A stretch of 64,000 nt of DNA from an uncultured Actinomycetota bacterium. GTDB taxonomy: Bacteria; Actinomycetota; Thermoleophilia; Gaiellales; Gaiellaceae. Made by a program: the position numbers and the translations under genes. The notes below the pieces were generated by a model. That model did no database searches. It was not told the origin of the DNA and was given only the letters and a program-made list of their open reading frames with translations. The stretch lies in assembly GCA_963738895.1 (NCBI GenBank), contig CAVTYN010000014.1:147-64146 (forward strand), written 5' to 3'. Positions 1-9,668 of the stretch are shown one piece after another; the first letter of the stretch is position 1, and every line of letters begins with the position of its first letter.

Positions 1-74
1 CCTCGCCGCGGCCCGGTGGAGGGTGTCGCCCTCAGGCACGACTGTCGTGCAGAGTCATCGCATCCCCCGCGCAA

Positions 75-99
75 GGGGGAACCGTCTTCCGGTTCCCCC
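75..99 (-). terminator. GC-rich stem-loop downstream of lhr (possible intrinsic terminator, no U-tract)
   Basis: Read directly: GGGGGAACCG (75-84) and CGGTTCCCCC (90-99) form a perfect 10-bp stem with a 5-nt loop. The left arm can alternatively pair with TCCCCC at 63-68. Confidence 0.35.
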
Positions 100-114
100 G
101 AGCCCCCCTCCCGG

Positions 115-148
115 CGTGAGACGCCCGGTCGGCACAGGGCGTCTCACG
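115..148 (-). terminator. GC-rich stem-loop overlapping the lhr stop codon
   Basis: Read directly: CGTGAGACGCCC (115-126) and GGGCGTCTCACG (137-148) form a perfect 12-bp stem with a 10-nt loop. The right arm contains the lhr stop (TCA at 144-146 on +). Confidence 0.4.
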
Positions 149-3100
149 GGCGCAGAACGGCACGGCGCGGGCCGGCGAGGAAGCCGGCCTCGACGAGCAG
201 CGGCATGACGTCGCTCTCGGTCACCGGCTCGCCGTCGAAGCGCTCGACCGCGAGCCGCTTCGCCCCACCGCCGCGAACGTACGCGACGAGCGCGTCGAGC
301 GCGGGCCGGAGCCACGTCTCGTCCGGGTCGCGGAGCGGCACGAGCGAGCGCCCGCCGCGCTCGACATAGAGAACAGCCTCGCCGCCGGCGAGCACGACGT
401 GGGCGCCGGCGACTCGCGCCGCCCGCGCGCCGGACCGCTTCGGCCACGGCAGCGCCGCCCCGTAGGGCTGCGCCGGGTCGGCAGCCGGAAGCACGACCGG
501 CCGGGCGTCCTCCTCCGCCTCGCGCGGCTCGCGGAGCCGCTCGACCGCGCCGCCGAGCGCGAACTGCGCTCCGCCGAGGCCCTCGACGAAGTAGCCGCGG
601 CGGCAGAGCCCGAGCGTCTCGAGCGCGCGCAGCTCGGCGTACACCGCGCCGTAGCCGCCCGGGATGCCCTCGGCGCGGACGCCGTCGCGCGTGACGATCC
701 CGTGCCGCTCGAGCAGGAGCTCGGCGAGCGCGCGGCGCTCGGGCGTGCCCGCGAAGAGCCGCTCGGTGAGCGACCAGCGGCCCTGCGTGGCGGTCGGTCC
801 GGCTCCGCGCGAGCGCGAGAAGCGCCGCGGCCGCCGCTCGGGCCTCGGAACGCCGTTTCGCCGCCCGGCGCGGAGCGGCGTCCAGGCGTCGTTCGTCACC
901 TCGCCGGCCCAGACGAGGTCCCAGAGCGCCGGCAGCGCCTCGTCAGGGGCGAGGCCGGTCTCGTCGAGCAGGTCGTGCCAGAAGAGCGCGCCCGGTGAGC
1001 GCCCCGCGGATCGCGTCGTGAGCCTCGCCCTCGGGGGCGGCGGCGGCCGGCACCGAGCCGAGCGCCGCCGCGTCCTCGCGGAAGTAGACGGCGACGCGGT
1101 CGAGCCCGGCTCCGACCCAGACGACCTCGCCGCTCGCGCAGAGCGAGTCGAGCTGCTCGGGCCGGTAGCCCGGTACGCGGCGCGGCAGGAGCTCGCTCTC
1201 CCAGAGCCCGACCGGCAGCGCGAGCGCCTGAAGCGGAACGAGCGCTTCGCGCAGCGAAGCCCTGCGGTCGATCCCGTGCCAGGAGGGCAGGAAGCGCGCG
1301 AGCGCCTGCGGGCTCGACCGGCTCGACCTCGCGGCGAAGCGCGGCGAGCGAGGCGCGCCGCAGCCGGCGCAGCACGTCGGGGTCGCACCACTCGCGCTCG
1401 GTGCCGCCGGGGCGGAGCTCGCCGCGGACGAGCAGCTCCTCGCGCTCGAGCTCGGCGAGCAGCCCCGCGAGGTCGCGGCCGAACCGCTCCTCCGCCTCGG
1501 CGGTCGTGAAGGGACCGCGGCCCTTCGCGTAGCGCACCACGAGCTGCCGCAGCGAATCGGGCCCGCCCTCGAGGAACGCCTCGGGCAGCCCGCCCGGCGG
1601 CATCACGCCGAGCGCGTCGCGGTAGCGGCCGGCGTCCTCGGCTGCGATCAGCCGCTCCTCGCCGGCGATGCGCACGAGCAGTGCCCGGCGCTCGGCGAGC
1701 AGCGGCTCCGCCAGCACCGGGTCGTACTCGCCGGGGCGGCGGTCGCCGCGGACGCGGAGCTGGTCGTGGAGCTCGTCGGGCGTCCGCGGCGCGCCCCGGA
1801 GCTGCCGCTCGACCTCGTCGACCGCGTCGGCGTCGAGCAGGTCGCGAAGCTCCTCGCTCCCGAGCAGCTCGCGCAGCAGGTCGCGGTCGAGCGAGAGCGC
1901 CTGGGCGCGGCGCTCGGCGGGCGGCGTGTCGTCCTCGTACATGTACGTCGCGACGTAGTCGAAGAGGAGCGAGGAGCTCATCGGCGAGGCGCTGCCGGTC
2001 TCGACCTCGACGAGGTCGAGGCGGCGCGTCTGGAGGCCGCCGAGCAGCGTGCGCAGCGCCGGCAGGTCGAAGACGTCCTGGAGGCACTCGCGGTAGGTCT
2101 CGAGCACGATCGGGAAGGAGCCGTAGCGGCGGGCGACCTGGAGCAGCGACTGCGCCTTCAGCCGCTGCTGCCAGAGCGGCGTCCGCTGACCGGGGCGGCG
2201 ACGCGGGATCAGGAGCGAGCGGGCGGCGTTCTCGCGGAAGCGGGCGCCGAAGAGCGCGGTCTCGCCGAGCTCGGCGACGACGAGATCCTCGACCTCGGCC
2301 GGATCGAGCGCGAGGTCGTCCGCGCCGGGCGGGACGTCCGCGTCCGGGAAGTGGATCGCGATGCCGTCGTCCGACCAGATCGACTGTGCGTCGAGGCCGA
2401 GCGACTCGCGCAGCCGCGCGGTGATCGCCATCGCCCACGGCGCGTGCACGCGGCCGCCGAAGGGCGTGAGGATGCAGACGCGCCAGTCGCCGATCTCGTC
2501 GCGGAAGCGCTCGACGACGATCGTGCGGTCGGACGGGACGGCGCCGGTCGCGTCGGCCTGGTCGCGCAGGAACGCGAGCAGGTTGCGGGCGGCCCGCTCG
2601 TCGAGCAGGTACTCGTCGCGCAGCCGCGCGAGCGCCGACGCGTCGCCGAGCGCGGAGAGCTCGCGCGAGGCGGCGCCGATCTTCTCGCCGAGCTCGTAGG
2701 GGCGCCCCACTCCCTCGCCCTTCCAGAACGGGACGGCGCCCGGCAGCCCGGGCGCCGGCGAGACGAGCACGCGGTCGCGGGTGATCTCCTCGATCCGCCA
2801 GGTCGAGGCGCCGAGCAGGAACGTCTGGCCGGCGCGGGCCTCGTAGACCATCTCCTCGTCGAGCTCGCCGACCCGGCCGCCGCCGTCGACGAGGAAGACG
2901 CCGAAGAGCCCGCGGTCGGGGATCGTGCCGGCGTTCGTGACGGCGAGCCGGCGCGCACCGTCGCGGGCGCGGATCGTGCCGCCGGTGCGGTCCCAGACGA
3001 TGCGCGGCCGCAGCTCGGCGAACTCGTCGGACGGGTAGCGGCCGGCGAGCATGTCGAGCACGTTCTCGAGCTGGACGCGCGAGAGGTCGGCGAACGGGTA

Positions 3101-4426
3101 GGCGCGGCGGACGAGGTCGTGGAGCTCGTCGACCGCGATCTCCTCGTCGACGGCGATCGCGACGATCTGCTGCGCGAGCACGTCGAGCGGGTTGCGCGGG
3201 ATCTTCGTCTCCTCGATCTCGCCGCTCCGCATCGCGCGGGCGACGACGGCCGACTCGAGCAGGTCGGCGCGGAACTTCGGGAAGATGCGCCCCTTCGAGA
3301 CGGCGCCCAGCTCGTGGCCGGCGCGGCCGATGCGCTGGAGCCCGCGGGCGACCGACTTCGGCGACTCGACCTGGATCACGAGGTCGACCGCGCCCATGTC
3401 GATCCCGAGCTCGAGCGACGAGGTCGCGACGAGGCACGGGATCCGGCCGGCCTTCAGGTCCTCCTCGATCACGACGCGCTGCTCGCGGGCGAGGCTGCCG
3501 TGATGGGCACGCGCGATCTCGCGCTCGGCGAGCTCGTTCAGCCGCAGCGCGAGGCGCTCGGCGAGGCGGCGGTTGTTGACGAAGACGATCGTCGAGCGGT
3601 GCTGCCTCGACGAGCTGCAGCAGCTCGGGGTACATCGACGGCCAGATCGACGCGATCCCCTGCTCGCGCGCTGCCGTCGGTGACCTCGCCCTCGGCGAGG
3701 ACCGGGTGGCGAGAGCGCGCAGTCGATCCGAGCTCGCGGAGGTCCTCGACCGGGACGACGACCTGGAGGTCGAGCTCCTTGCGGGTGCCGGCGTCGACGA
3801 GCTCGATCGGGCGGCCGCCGGAGACGAAGCGGCCGATCTCCTCGAGCGGCCGCTGGGTCGCCGAGAGCCCGATGCCGCTGGATCCGGGCGGTCGACGAGC
3901 CGCTGCAGCCGCTCGACCGAGAGCGCGAGATGCGCGCCGCGCTTGGTGCCGGCGACGGCGTGCACCTCGTCGAGGATCAGCGTCTCGACGCCGCGCAGGC
4001 GTCTCGCGCGCGGCCGAGGTGAGCATCAGGTAGAGCGACTCGGGCGTCGTGATCAGGATGTCCGGCGGCTCCTTGACGAGCTCGCGGCGCTCCTTCGCCG
4101 ACGTGTCGCCGGTGCGGACGCCGACGCGCAGGCTCGACTCGAGGCCCGCGAGCGGGCCGCGGAGGTTGCGCTCGATGTCGTAGTTGAGCGCCTTGAGCGG
4201 CGAGACGTAGAGCACGCGCAGCCCCACGCCCGGGCGTCGCGTTCAGGCGGTCGATCGCGTAGAGGAACGCGGTGAGCGTCTTGCCCGAGCCGGTCGGCGC
4301 CTGGATCAGGACGTCGCCGCCGGCGCGATCGCCGGCCAGCCCGAGCACCTGCGCGGGCGTCGGCCCGGCGAACGCGCCCTCGAACCAGCTCCGCGTCGCC
4401 GGCGAGAAGGCGGCGAGCGGGTCCAC
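144..4426 (-). pseudogene. lhr: Lhr-family ATP-dependent DEAD/DEAH helicase, frameshifted (pseudogene or assembly indels)
   Basis: ORF-track fragments concatenate into one Lhr. GTG at 4426 gives VDPLAAFSPATRSWFEGAF, followed by Walker A LIQAPTGSGKT (frame of 3977..5002). Next come VLYVSPLKALNYDIERNL and ILITTPESLY (3538..4227), then HAVAGTKRGAHLALSVERL (144..3965 frame). Helicase-C LVATSSLELGIDMGAVDLVIQ and the long Lhr core lie in 896..3472. The C-terminal domain runs LFWHDLLDETGL...VEAGFLAGPRRAVLRP*. At least 7 frame changes, near 4227, 3990, 3885, 3650, 3600, 1300 and 1000. Confidence 0.9.
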
Positions 4427-4483
4427 CCGCCCAGGGTATCGCCCGCACGCTCGTCGAACAAGTGTTCGTCGAGTACGATTTCG

Positions 4484-5029
4484 GTGCCCGACGCGCTGTA
4501 CTTCACCGACGACCAGGCCGCGCAACGAGCTGCTCGCGCAGGATCCGTTCGCGCTCCTGATGGGCTTCGCGATCGACCAGCAGGTGCCGGTGCAGAAGGC
4601 CTTCGCCGGGCCGCTCGCGCTGAAGCAGCGCGTCGGGACGCTCGACCCGCGGAAGCTCGCGAAGCTCGACCTCGAGCCGGCGTTCCGGGAGAAGCCGGCG
4701 ATCCATCGCTTCCCCGGCTCGATGGCCGAGCGCGTGCCGCGAGCTCGCGGCGGTCGTCGCGGAGGACTACGGCGGCGACGCCTCTCGGATCTGGAACGAG
4801 GCGACCGACTCGGCCGACCTGAAGAAGCGACTCGGCTCGCTCCCCGGCTTCGGCCCGATGAAGGTGACGGCGCTCGCATCGGTGCTCGCCTACCGCTTCG
4901 GCGTCGAGAGCGCCGAAGCCGCTCTCCCCCGACCACGCCTGCCTCGGCAAGGTCGACTCCCCGCAGGCGCTCGCCGACTACCAGGCCGCCAAGCGGGCCC
5001 ACAAGCGCAGCTTCAAACAGGAGGCGTGA
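4484..5029 (+). pseudogene. HhH-GPD-type base-excision DNA repair protein, frameshifted
   Basis: The stitched protein reads MPDALYFTDDQAA | NELLAQDPFALLMGFAIDQQVPVQKAFAGPLALKQRVGTLDP..AIHRFPGSMAERV | ELAAVVAEDYGGDASRIWNEATDSADLKKRLGSLPGFGPMKVTALASVLAYRFGV | ..DSPQALADYQAAKRAHKRSFKQEA*. There are three frame changes of the same sign (~4520, ~4742, ~4928). The stop TGA at 5027-5029 is in the same frame as the ATG at 4484. Confidence 0.8.
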
Positions 5030-5113
5030 ATCCTGTTCCGGCGTTTCCCGAGCCGGGCTTCACCCACGTCGTCTTCCGCAAGCCCCAAGATCCTCCGGCG
5101 ATAGCCGCTTCGA

Positions 5114-5815
5114 TTGTTCAGCCAATCCGCAGACATCTACGACGCGGTCTACTCCTACAAGGACTACATCGCTGAGGCGGAGCGCGTCCACGCGCTGATC
5201 GAGGAGCGCACACCAGGGGCCTCCACCCTCCTCGACGTCGCCTGCGGCACCGGCAAGCACCTCGAGCAGCTCGCCCGCTGGTACACGGTGCAGGGCCTCG
5301 ACCTGAACGAGGACTTCGTCGCCATCGCCCGCGACCGGCTCGGCGACCGCGCGCACATCCACCTCGCCGACATGACCTCGTTCGACTTCGCGCGCACCTT
5401 CGGCGCGGTCACGTGCCTGTTCAGCTCGATCGCCTATGTCGGCAGCGAGGAACGCCTCGACGCGGCGCTCGCCGCGATGGCACGGCACCTCGAGCCGGGC
5501 GGGACGCTCGTGCTCGAACCGTGGATAACGCCCGAGAACTGGATCGTCGGCCGGCCCTACCTGATCACGGTCGACGAGCCGCACCGAAAGATCGCGCGAG
5601 CGAGCGTCGCGGGCCGCGAGGGGGACATCTCGACCCTGCAGTTCGACTACCTCGTGGCGACACCCGGGGGCACCCGCCACTTCACCGAGCTGCACGAGGC
5701 GGCGCTCTTCACCGACGAGCAGTACCGGCAGGCGTTCGAGCGAGCCGGCCTCTCGGTCGAGCTCGACGAGGAGGGCCTGATCGGCCGCGGCCTGTACGTC
5801 GGTCAGGCCGGCTGA
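5114..5815 (+). CDS. Class I SAM-dependent methyltransferase, TylM1/DesVI-like (sugar N,N-dimethyltransferase family)
   Basis: Intact 233-aa ORF with a TTG start. It has ADIYDAVYSYKDYIAEAE, the SAM motif LLDVACGTGKHL, then VTCLFSSIAYV and EPW. It aligns along its whole length with TylM1 as I remember it. Confidence 0.8.
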   Translation: MFSQSADIYDAVYSYKDYIAEAERVHALIEERTPGASTLLDVACGTGKHLEQLARWYTVQGLDLNEDFVAIARDRLGDRAHIHLADMTSFDFARTFGAVTCLFSSIAYVGSEERLDAALAAMARHLEPGGTLVLEPWITPENWIVGRPYLITVDEPHRKIARASVAGREGDISTLQFDYLVATPGGTRHFTELHEAALFTDEQYRQAFERAGLSVELDEEGLIGRGLYVGQAG

Positions 5816-6702
5816 CGCCGCAGCTCGCGCAAAGGCGGCCCGAGCGCCTGGCCGCCTCGCAGCACCGGTGCGAACAGGTCGCCGAACCGCTCCACGCGGT
5901 CGAGCGCGACGGCCATGGAGAAGTCACGCGGCCGGATGTCCTCGGTGAGCTCCTCCCAGGTGAGCGGGGTCGAGACGGGCGCGCCGGGCTTCGGCCTCAC
6001 CGAGTACACCGACGCAATCGTCTTCCCGTGCCCGTTCTGGCGATGGTCGACGAGCACGCCCGTCCGCTTCCGCTTCAGCCACTCGGTCGTGAGGAGCCCG
6101 GGATGCTCGGCTTCGAGACCGCGCGACAGGAGCTCCGCGAACTCGTAGGTCTCGTCGTACCCGGAGCGCCGCGTGATCGGAAGCAGGACGTGGATGCCGT
6201 CGGCGCCGCTCGTCTTCACGTACGAGGCGAGCCCGAGGTCCTCGAGCGCCCCTCGGATCAGGTGCGCGACCCGGACCGCCATCGGGAACCCGTCTGCCGA
6301 GTCGGGCGGGTCGAGGTCGAACACGACGAAGTCCGGGCGGTCCGGCTTGTCGACGCGCGAGTACCAGGCGTTCATGTCGATGCAGTGCATCTGAACCATC
6401 CAGAGCAGCGCGTCGACGGTACCGACGAGCGGGAAGTCGACAAGCCGCGGGCCTCCCCCGCGCGGGTGCGTCAGGAACTGCCTTGTCGGGATCCACGCCG
6501 GCATCCCCTTCGGGGCCTGCTTCTGGAAGAACGCCCCGCCCGCCAGGCCTTCCCGCCACCGTTTCATCGTGAACGGACGATCACGCAGGTGCGGCAGGAT
6601 CGCGGGCGCGACCGCCTCGTAGTAGTCGAAGAGGTCGCCCTTCGTGATCCCGTCGTCGGGGAAGAGGACACGGTCACGGCTCGAGAGCTGTACCCGTGTC
6701 AT
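5803..6702 (-). CDS. Stand-alone LigD polymerase/primase (PolDom, Prim-Pol) domain protein
   Basis: The internal ATG at 6702 of ORF 5803..7179 gives MTRVQLSSRDRVLFPDDGITKGDLFDYYEAVAP..FFQKQAP..VVFDLDP..YVKTSGADGIHVLLP..LVDHRQNGHGKTIASVYSVRP, which is typical of the LigD polymerase domain. The start overlaps the acyl-CoA dehydrogenase stop (ATGA at 6699-6702). Confidence 0.88.
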   Translation of the reverse strand: MTRVQLSSRDRVLFPDDGITKGDLFDYYEAVAPAILPHLRDRPFTMKRWREGLAGGAFFQKQAPKGMPAWIPTRQFLTHPRGGGPRLVDFPLVGTVDALLWMVQMHCIDMNAWYSRVDKPDRPDFVVFDLDPPDSADGFPMAVRVAHLIRGALEDLGLASYVKTSGADGIHVLLPITRRSGYDETYEFAELLSRGLEAEHPGLLTTEWLKRKRTGVLVDHRQNGHGKTIASVYSVRPKPGAPVSTPLTWEELTEDIRPRDFSMAVALDRVERFGDLFAPVLRGGQALGPPLRELRRQPA

Positions 6703-7871
6703 GCGAACGGCGAGCCTCGCACCTCGCGCAGCATCTCGCGGGCGATCACGAGGCGCTGGATCTGGTTCGTGCCCTCGTAGATCTGGGTGACCTTCGCGTC
6801 GCGCATCATCCTCTCGACCGGGTATTCGCTCATGTAGCCGTACCCGCCGAGCACCTGGACGGCATCCGTCGTCACCGCCATCGCGGTGTCCGAGCAGAAG
6901 AGCTTCGTGATCGCCGAGAGCTTCGTCAGCTCGGGACCGTCTGCTCCGGAGTCGATCAGCGCACCGCAGCGGTAGAGCAGCCCGCGTGCAGCCTCGCACC
7001 GAGTCTCCATGTCGGCGAGCATCCCGGCGACGAGCTGATGGTTCGCGATCGGCTCGTCCATCGTCTCTCGCGTTCGCGCGTACCCGAGCGCGTACTCCGT
7101 CGCCCCCTCGGCGATGCCGAGCGCCTGGGCTGCGATACCAGGCCGCGAGCGGTCGAGGATCCTCATCGCGAGCCGCCACCCCTCGCCTTCTTCCCCGAGC
7201 CGGTTCTCGGCCGGCACACGGCAGCCGTCGAAGACCACCTCACCGGTCGTGGAACCTCTGATCCCCATCTTGGGCTCGATCCGCCCGATCTCGAGCCCCG
7301 GCGAATCGGCCTCGACTGTGAACGCCGAGATCCCGCGGCGGCCGGCGGCAGGGTCGGTCCTGGCGAAGACGACATAGATGCCGGCCACGCCCGCATTCGT
7401 GATGAACCGCTTCGAGCCGTCGAGGACGTAGGTGTCTTTCTCCCGCCGTGCCTCCGTTCGGATCGCCGCCGCGTCCGAGCCGGCCCCCGGCTCGGTGAGC
7501 GCGTAGGCCGCGAGCGTCTCCCCGGAGGCGATCCGGGGCAGCAACCGGTGCTTCTGCTCCTCGCTCCCCGCCAGCCTGAGCCCGAGCGCACCGAGCTCCT
7601 GCACCGCGAGGATGAGGCCGCTCGTCGCGCAGACCTTCGACACCTCCTCGACGGAGACGAGGGTCTGGAGAGCGCTGGCGCCGACGCCTCCATACTCCTC
7701 GTCCGCGAGCGTCCCGAAGATGCCGTTCTCCCGGAAGAGATCGACGACGTCCCACGGGAACTCCGCAGAGGAGTCGATCTCGGCCGCCCGCCGCGCAATC
7801 CGGCCGCGGGCAATGGCGCGCACTAGGTCCCGGATCTCCTGCTGCTCAGGCGTGAGGCCATCGTGCAGCAC
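6699..7871 (-). CDS. Acyl-CoA dehydrogenase
   Basis: Intact 390-aa ORF with AYALTEPGAGSDAAAI, KRFITNAGVAGIYVVFA and QVLGGYGYMSEYPVERMMRDAKVTQIYEGTNQIQRLVIAR. Confidence 0.95.
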   Translation of the reverse strand: MLHDGLTPEQQEIRDLVRAIARGRIARRAAEIDSSAEFPWDVVDLFRENGIFGTLADEEYGGVGASALQTLVSVEEVSKVCATSGLILAVQELGALGLRLAGSEEQKHRLLPRIASGETLAAYALTEPGAGSDAAAIRTEARREKDTYVLDGSKRFITNAGVAGIYVVFARTDPAAGRRGISAFTVEADSPGLEIGRIEPKMGIRGSTTGEVVFDGCRVPAENRLGEEGEGWRLAMRILDRSRPGIAAQALGIAEGATEYALGYARTRETMDEPIANHQLVAGMLADMETRCEAARGLLYRCGALIDSGADGPELTKLSAITKLFCSDTAMAVTTDAVQVLGGYGYMSEYPVERMMRDAKVTQIYEGTNQIQRLVIAREMLREVRGSPFA

Positions 7872-8129
7872 AGCTCAAGCCTACCCCGGGGCCTGCCGAT
7901 ATCCGGGTCGTGGTCCAGTTGATGCTCGCTGCAAGCGCCCTCGTGGTCGTCGCCTTCGCCGTCGTCGCTGCGTTCGTCCTCGTCGGCGCCCGGTACTAGA
8001 CCGCTCACGAGAGACGCTCGAGACGCCGCTTCAGCGCTTCGTCGGCGGCTGCGAACCGCGCCGCGGGTGAGATAGTTTCGGTGTGGTGGACGAGATCGCC
8101 AGGCAGGCTCTGAAGCTCCCGTACGAGCC

Positions 8130-9650
8130 ATGATCCTCGAGAACTGCCTCGTCCGGACCATGGATCCCCGGGTTCCGACGCAGCGGGCGCTGGCAATAGC
8201 CGGCGACCGCGTCGCCGGCGGCGTCGGCGTCCACGAGACGGCGCTCGCCTCGCCCGACGTCGTCGACCTCGGGGGCAGAGTCGTCCTCCCGGGATTCACC
8301 GACGCGCACGTGCACTTCCCGACCTGGGCGCTCTCGCGTTCCGACGTCGCGCTCGACGGATGCGCGTCACTCGGGGAGGCCCTCGAGCGGATCCGGGCCG
8401 CTGGACGACCCACGGGCGGGGTCATCCGCGGCTACGGGTGGCGCAGCGGCGACTGGACGCCCGCCCTCGAGCCCACTGCGGCGCATCTCGACGCCGTCAC
8501 AGGCTCGACGCCGGCGGCGATGATCGCGAAGGACTACCACTCGCTGTGGCTCAACTCGGCGGCGCTCGCGCTCGCGAACGGCGACCTCGAGGTCGGGGGC
8601 GGCGTCGTCGAGCGGGACGCCGCGAGAGCCCCGACCGGCGTGCTGCGCGAGGAGGCGGCTTGGAGATTCAAGGAGCGGTACCTCTCCGTGCCCGACGACG
8701 CCTACGTCGAGGCGATGCGGGCCGGGCTGAAGGTCGCCGCTTCCCGCGGGGTGACGGCGGTGCACGACAAGGACGGCTGGCTCGGAGCGCTTCGCATGTG
8801 GCGGCAGCTGGAGCGCGAGGAGAGGCTCACGGTACGGGTGTGGCAGTCGGCACCCGCCGATCAGGTCGAGGGACTGCGTGCGGTCGGGGTGCCGTCGGGC
8901 CTCGGGAGCCCGTTCCTGCGGATCGGCTACCTGAAGGCGTTCATGGACGGCACGCTCGGCTCGCGGACCGCCCTCATGCTCGACGGCTCGGGCGTGCGGA
9001 TCACGAGCGGCGAGGAGCTCGCCGAGATCGTCCTCGCCGGAGCCGAGGCCGGCTTCCCGGTCGCCGTCCACGCGATCGGCGACGGCGCCAATCGCGAGGC
9101 GCTCGACGCGTTCGAGCGCACGCGGCCTGTGTGGGAGCCACTCGGGCTGCGCCACCGGATCGAGCACGCGCAGCTCTTGTCGCCGGCAGACGTGCCTCGG
9201 TTCGCCGGGCTCGGTATCGCCTGCTCGGTGCAGTTCTCGCATGCCCCGTCCGACCGAGATCTCGCCGAGCGGTTCTGGGCGGGCAAGCTCGACGGCGCGT
9301 ACGCCTACCGCTCGCTCGTCGACTCGGGCGCGGTGGTCGCGAACGGCTCCGACGCGCCGATCGAGGAGCTCGACCCGCTCGCCGGCATCCGCGCGGGCGT
9401 TCGCCGCACGATCGATGAGCGCGGCGCGTGGCACCCGGAGCAGTCGCTGACGGTGCAGCAGGCGTTCGAGGCGACCTGCGTCACGCCGGCGTGGCTCTCC
9501 GGCGACGAGCGCCGACGGGGCCGGCTCATCCCCGGGCAGGCGTCGGACCTCGTCGTGCTCGATCGCGACCCGTGGGCCGACCTCGACGCCGAGGTCGTCG
9601 CAACGATGGTCGCGGGCCGGTGGGTGCACAACCCGCCGCCCTGGGATTGA
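8130..9650 (+). CDS. Amidohydrolase family protein (Amidohydro_3 / YtcJ-like metal-dependent hydrolase)
   Basis: Intact 506-aa ORF with the metal motif LPGFTDAHVHF, then KAFMDGTLGSRTA, VAVHAIGDGAN and ANGSDAPIEELDP. Confidence 0.88.
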   Translation: MILENCLVRTMDPRVPTQRALAIAGDRVAGGVGVHETALASPDVVDLGGRVVLPGFTDAHVHFPTWALSRSDVALDGCASLGEALERIRAAGRPTGGVIRGYGWRSGDWTPALEPTAAHLDAVTGSTPAAMIAKDYHSLWLNSAALALANGDLEVGGGVVERDAARAPTGVLREEAAWRFKERYLSVPDDAYVEAMRAGLKVAASRGVTAVHDKDGWLGALRMWRQLEREERLTVRVWQSAPADQVEGLRAVGVPSGLGSPFLRIGYLKAFMDGTLGSRTALMLDGSGVRITSGEELAEIVLAGAEAGFPVAVHAIGDGANREALDAFERTRPVWEPLGLRHRIEHAQLLSPADVPRFAGLGIACSVQFSHAPSDRDLAERFWAGKLDGAYAYRSLVDSGAVVANGSDAPIEELDPLAGIRAGVRRTIDERGAWHPEQSLTVQQAFEATCVTPAWLSGDERRRGRLIPGQASDLVVLDRDPWADLDAEVVATMVAGRWVHNPPPWD

Positions 9651-9668
9651 CGGCGGGCGTAGCCTCGC

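Noticed and set aside
1-113. Possible riboswitch, tRNA or 6C-type small RNA at the left edge
   Set aside because: I could not match any consensus I know: no T-loop GGTTCRANYC and no riboswitch core motifs. The element would be cut by the window edge. It is reported only as hairpins.
144-3965. 1273-aa ORF taken at face value as one protein
   Set aside because: Only its last ~300 residues (LFWHDLL...AVLRP) and a short HAVAGTKRG stretch are genuine Lhr sequence. The rest is Arg/Pro/Ala-rich out-of-frame read-through, typical of GC-rich DNA. The real gene is the stitched lhr at 144-4426.
1766-4033. 755-aa plus-strand ORF antisense to lhr
   Set aside because: It is low-complexity (R/A/E/D/L/V-rich), has no recognisable motifs and is fully antisense to a strongly supported gene. 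It is a GC-driven shadow ORF.
5803-7179. N-terminal 159-aa extension of the LigD-polymerase ORF
   Set aside because: The extension is out-of-frame overlap with the acyl-CoA dehydrogenase gene. The conserved protein starts at the ATG at 6702.
7910-7999. Small hydrophobic ORF (VVQLMLAASALVVVAFAVVAAFVLVGARY*) between the acyl-CoA dehydrogenase and the amidohydrolase
   Set aside because: It could be a one-helix membrane peptide. However, Ala/Val/Leu-rich short ORFs arise easily by chance at this GC content, there is no obvious Shine-Dalgarno, and I cannot test conservation.
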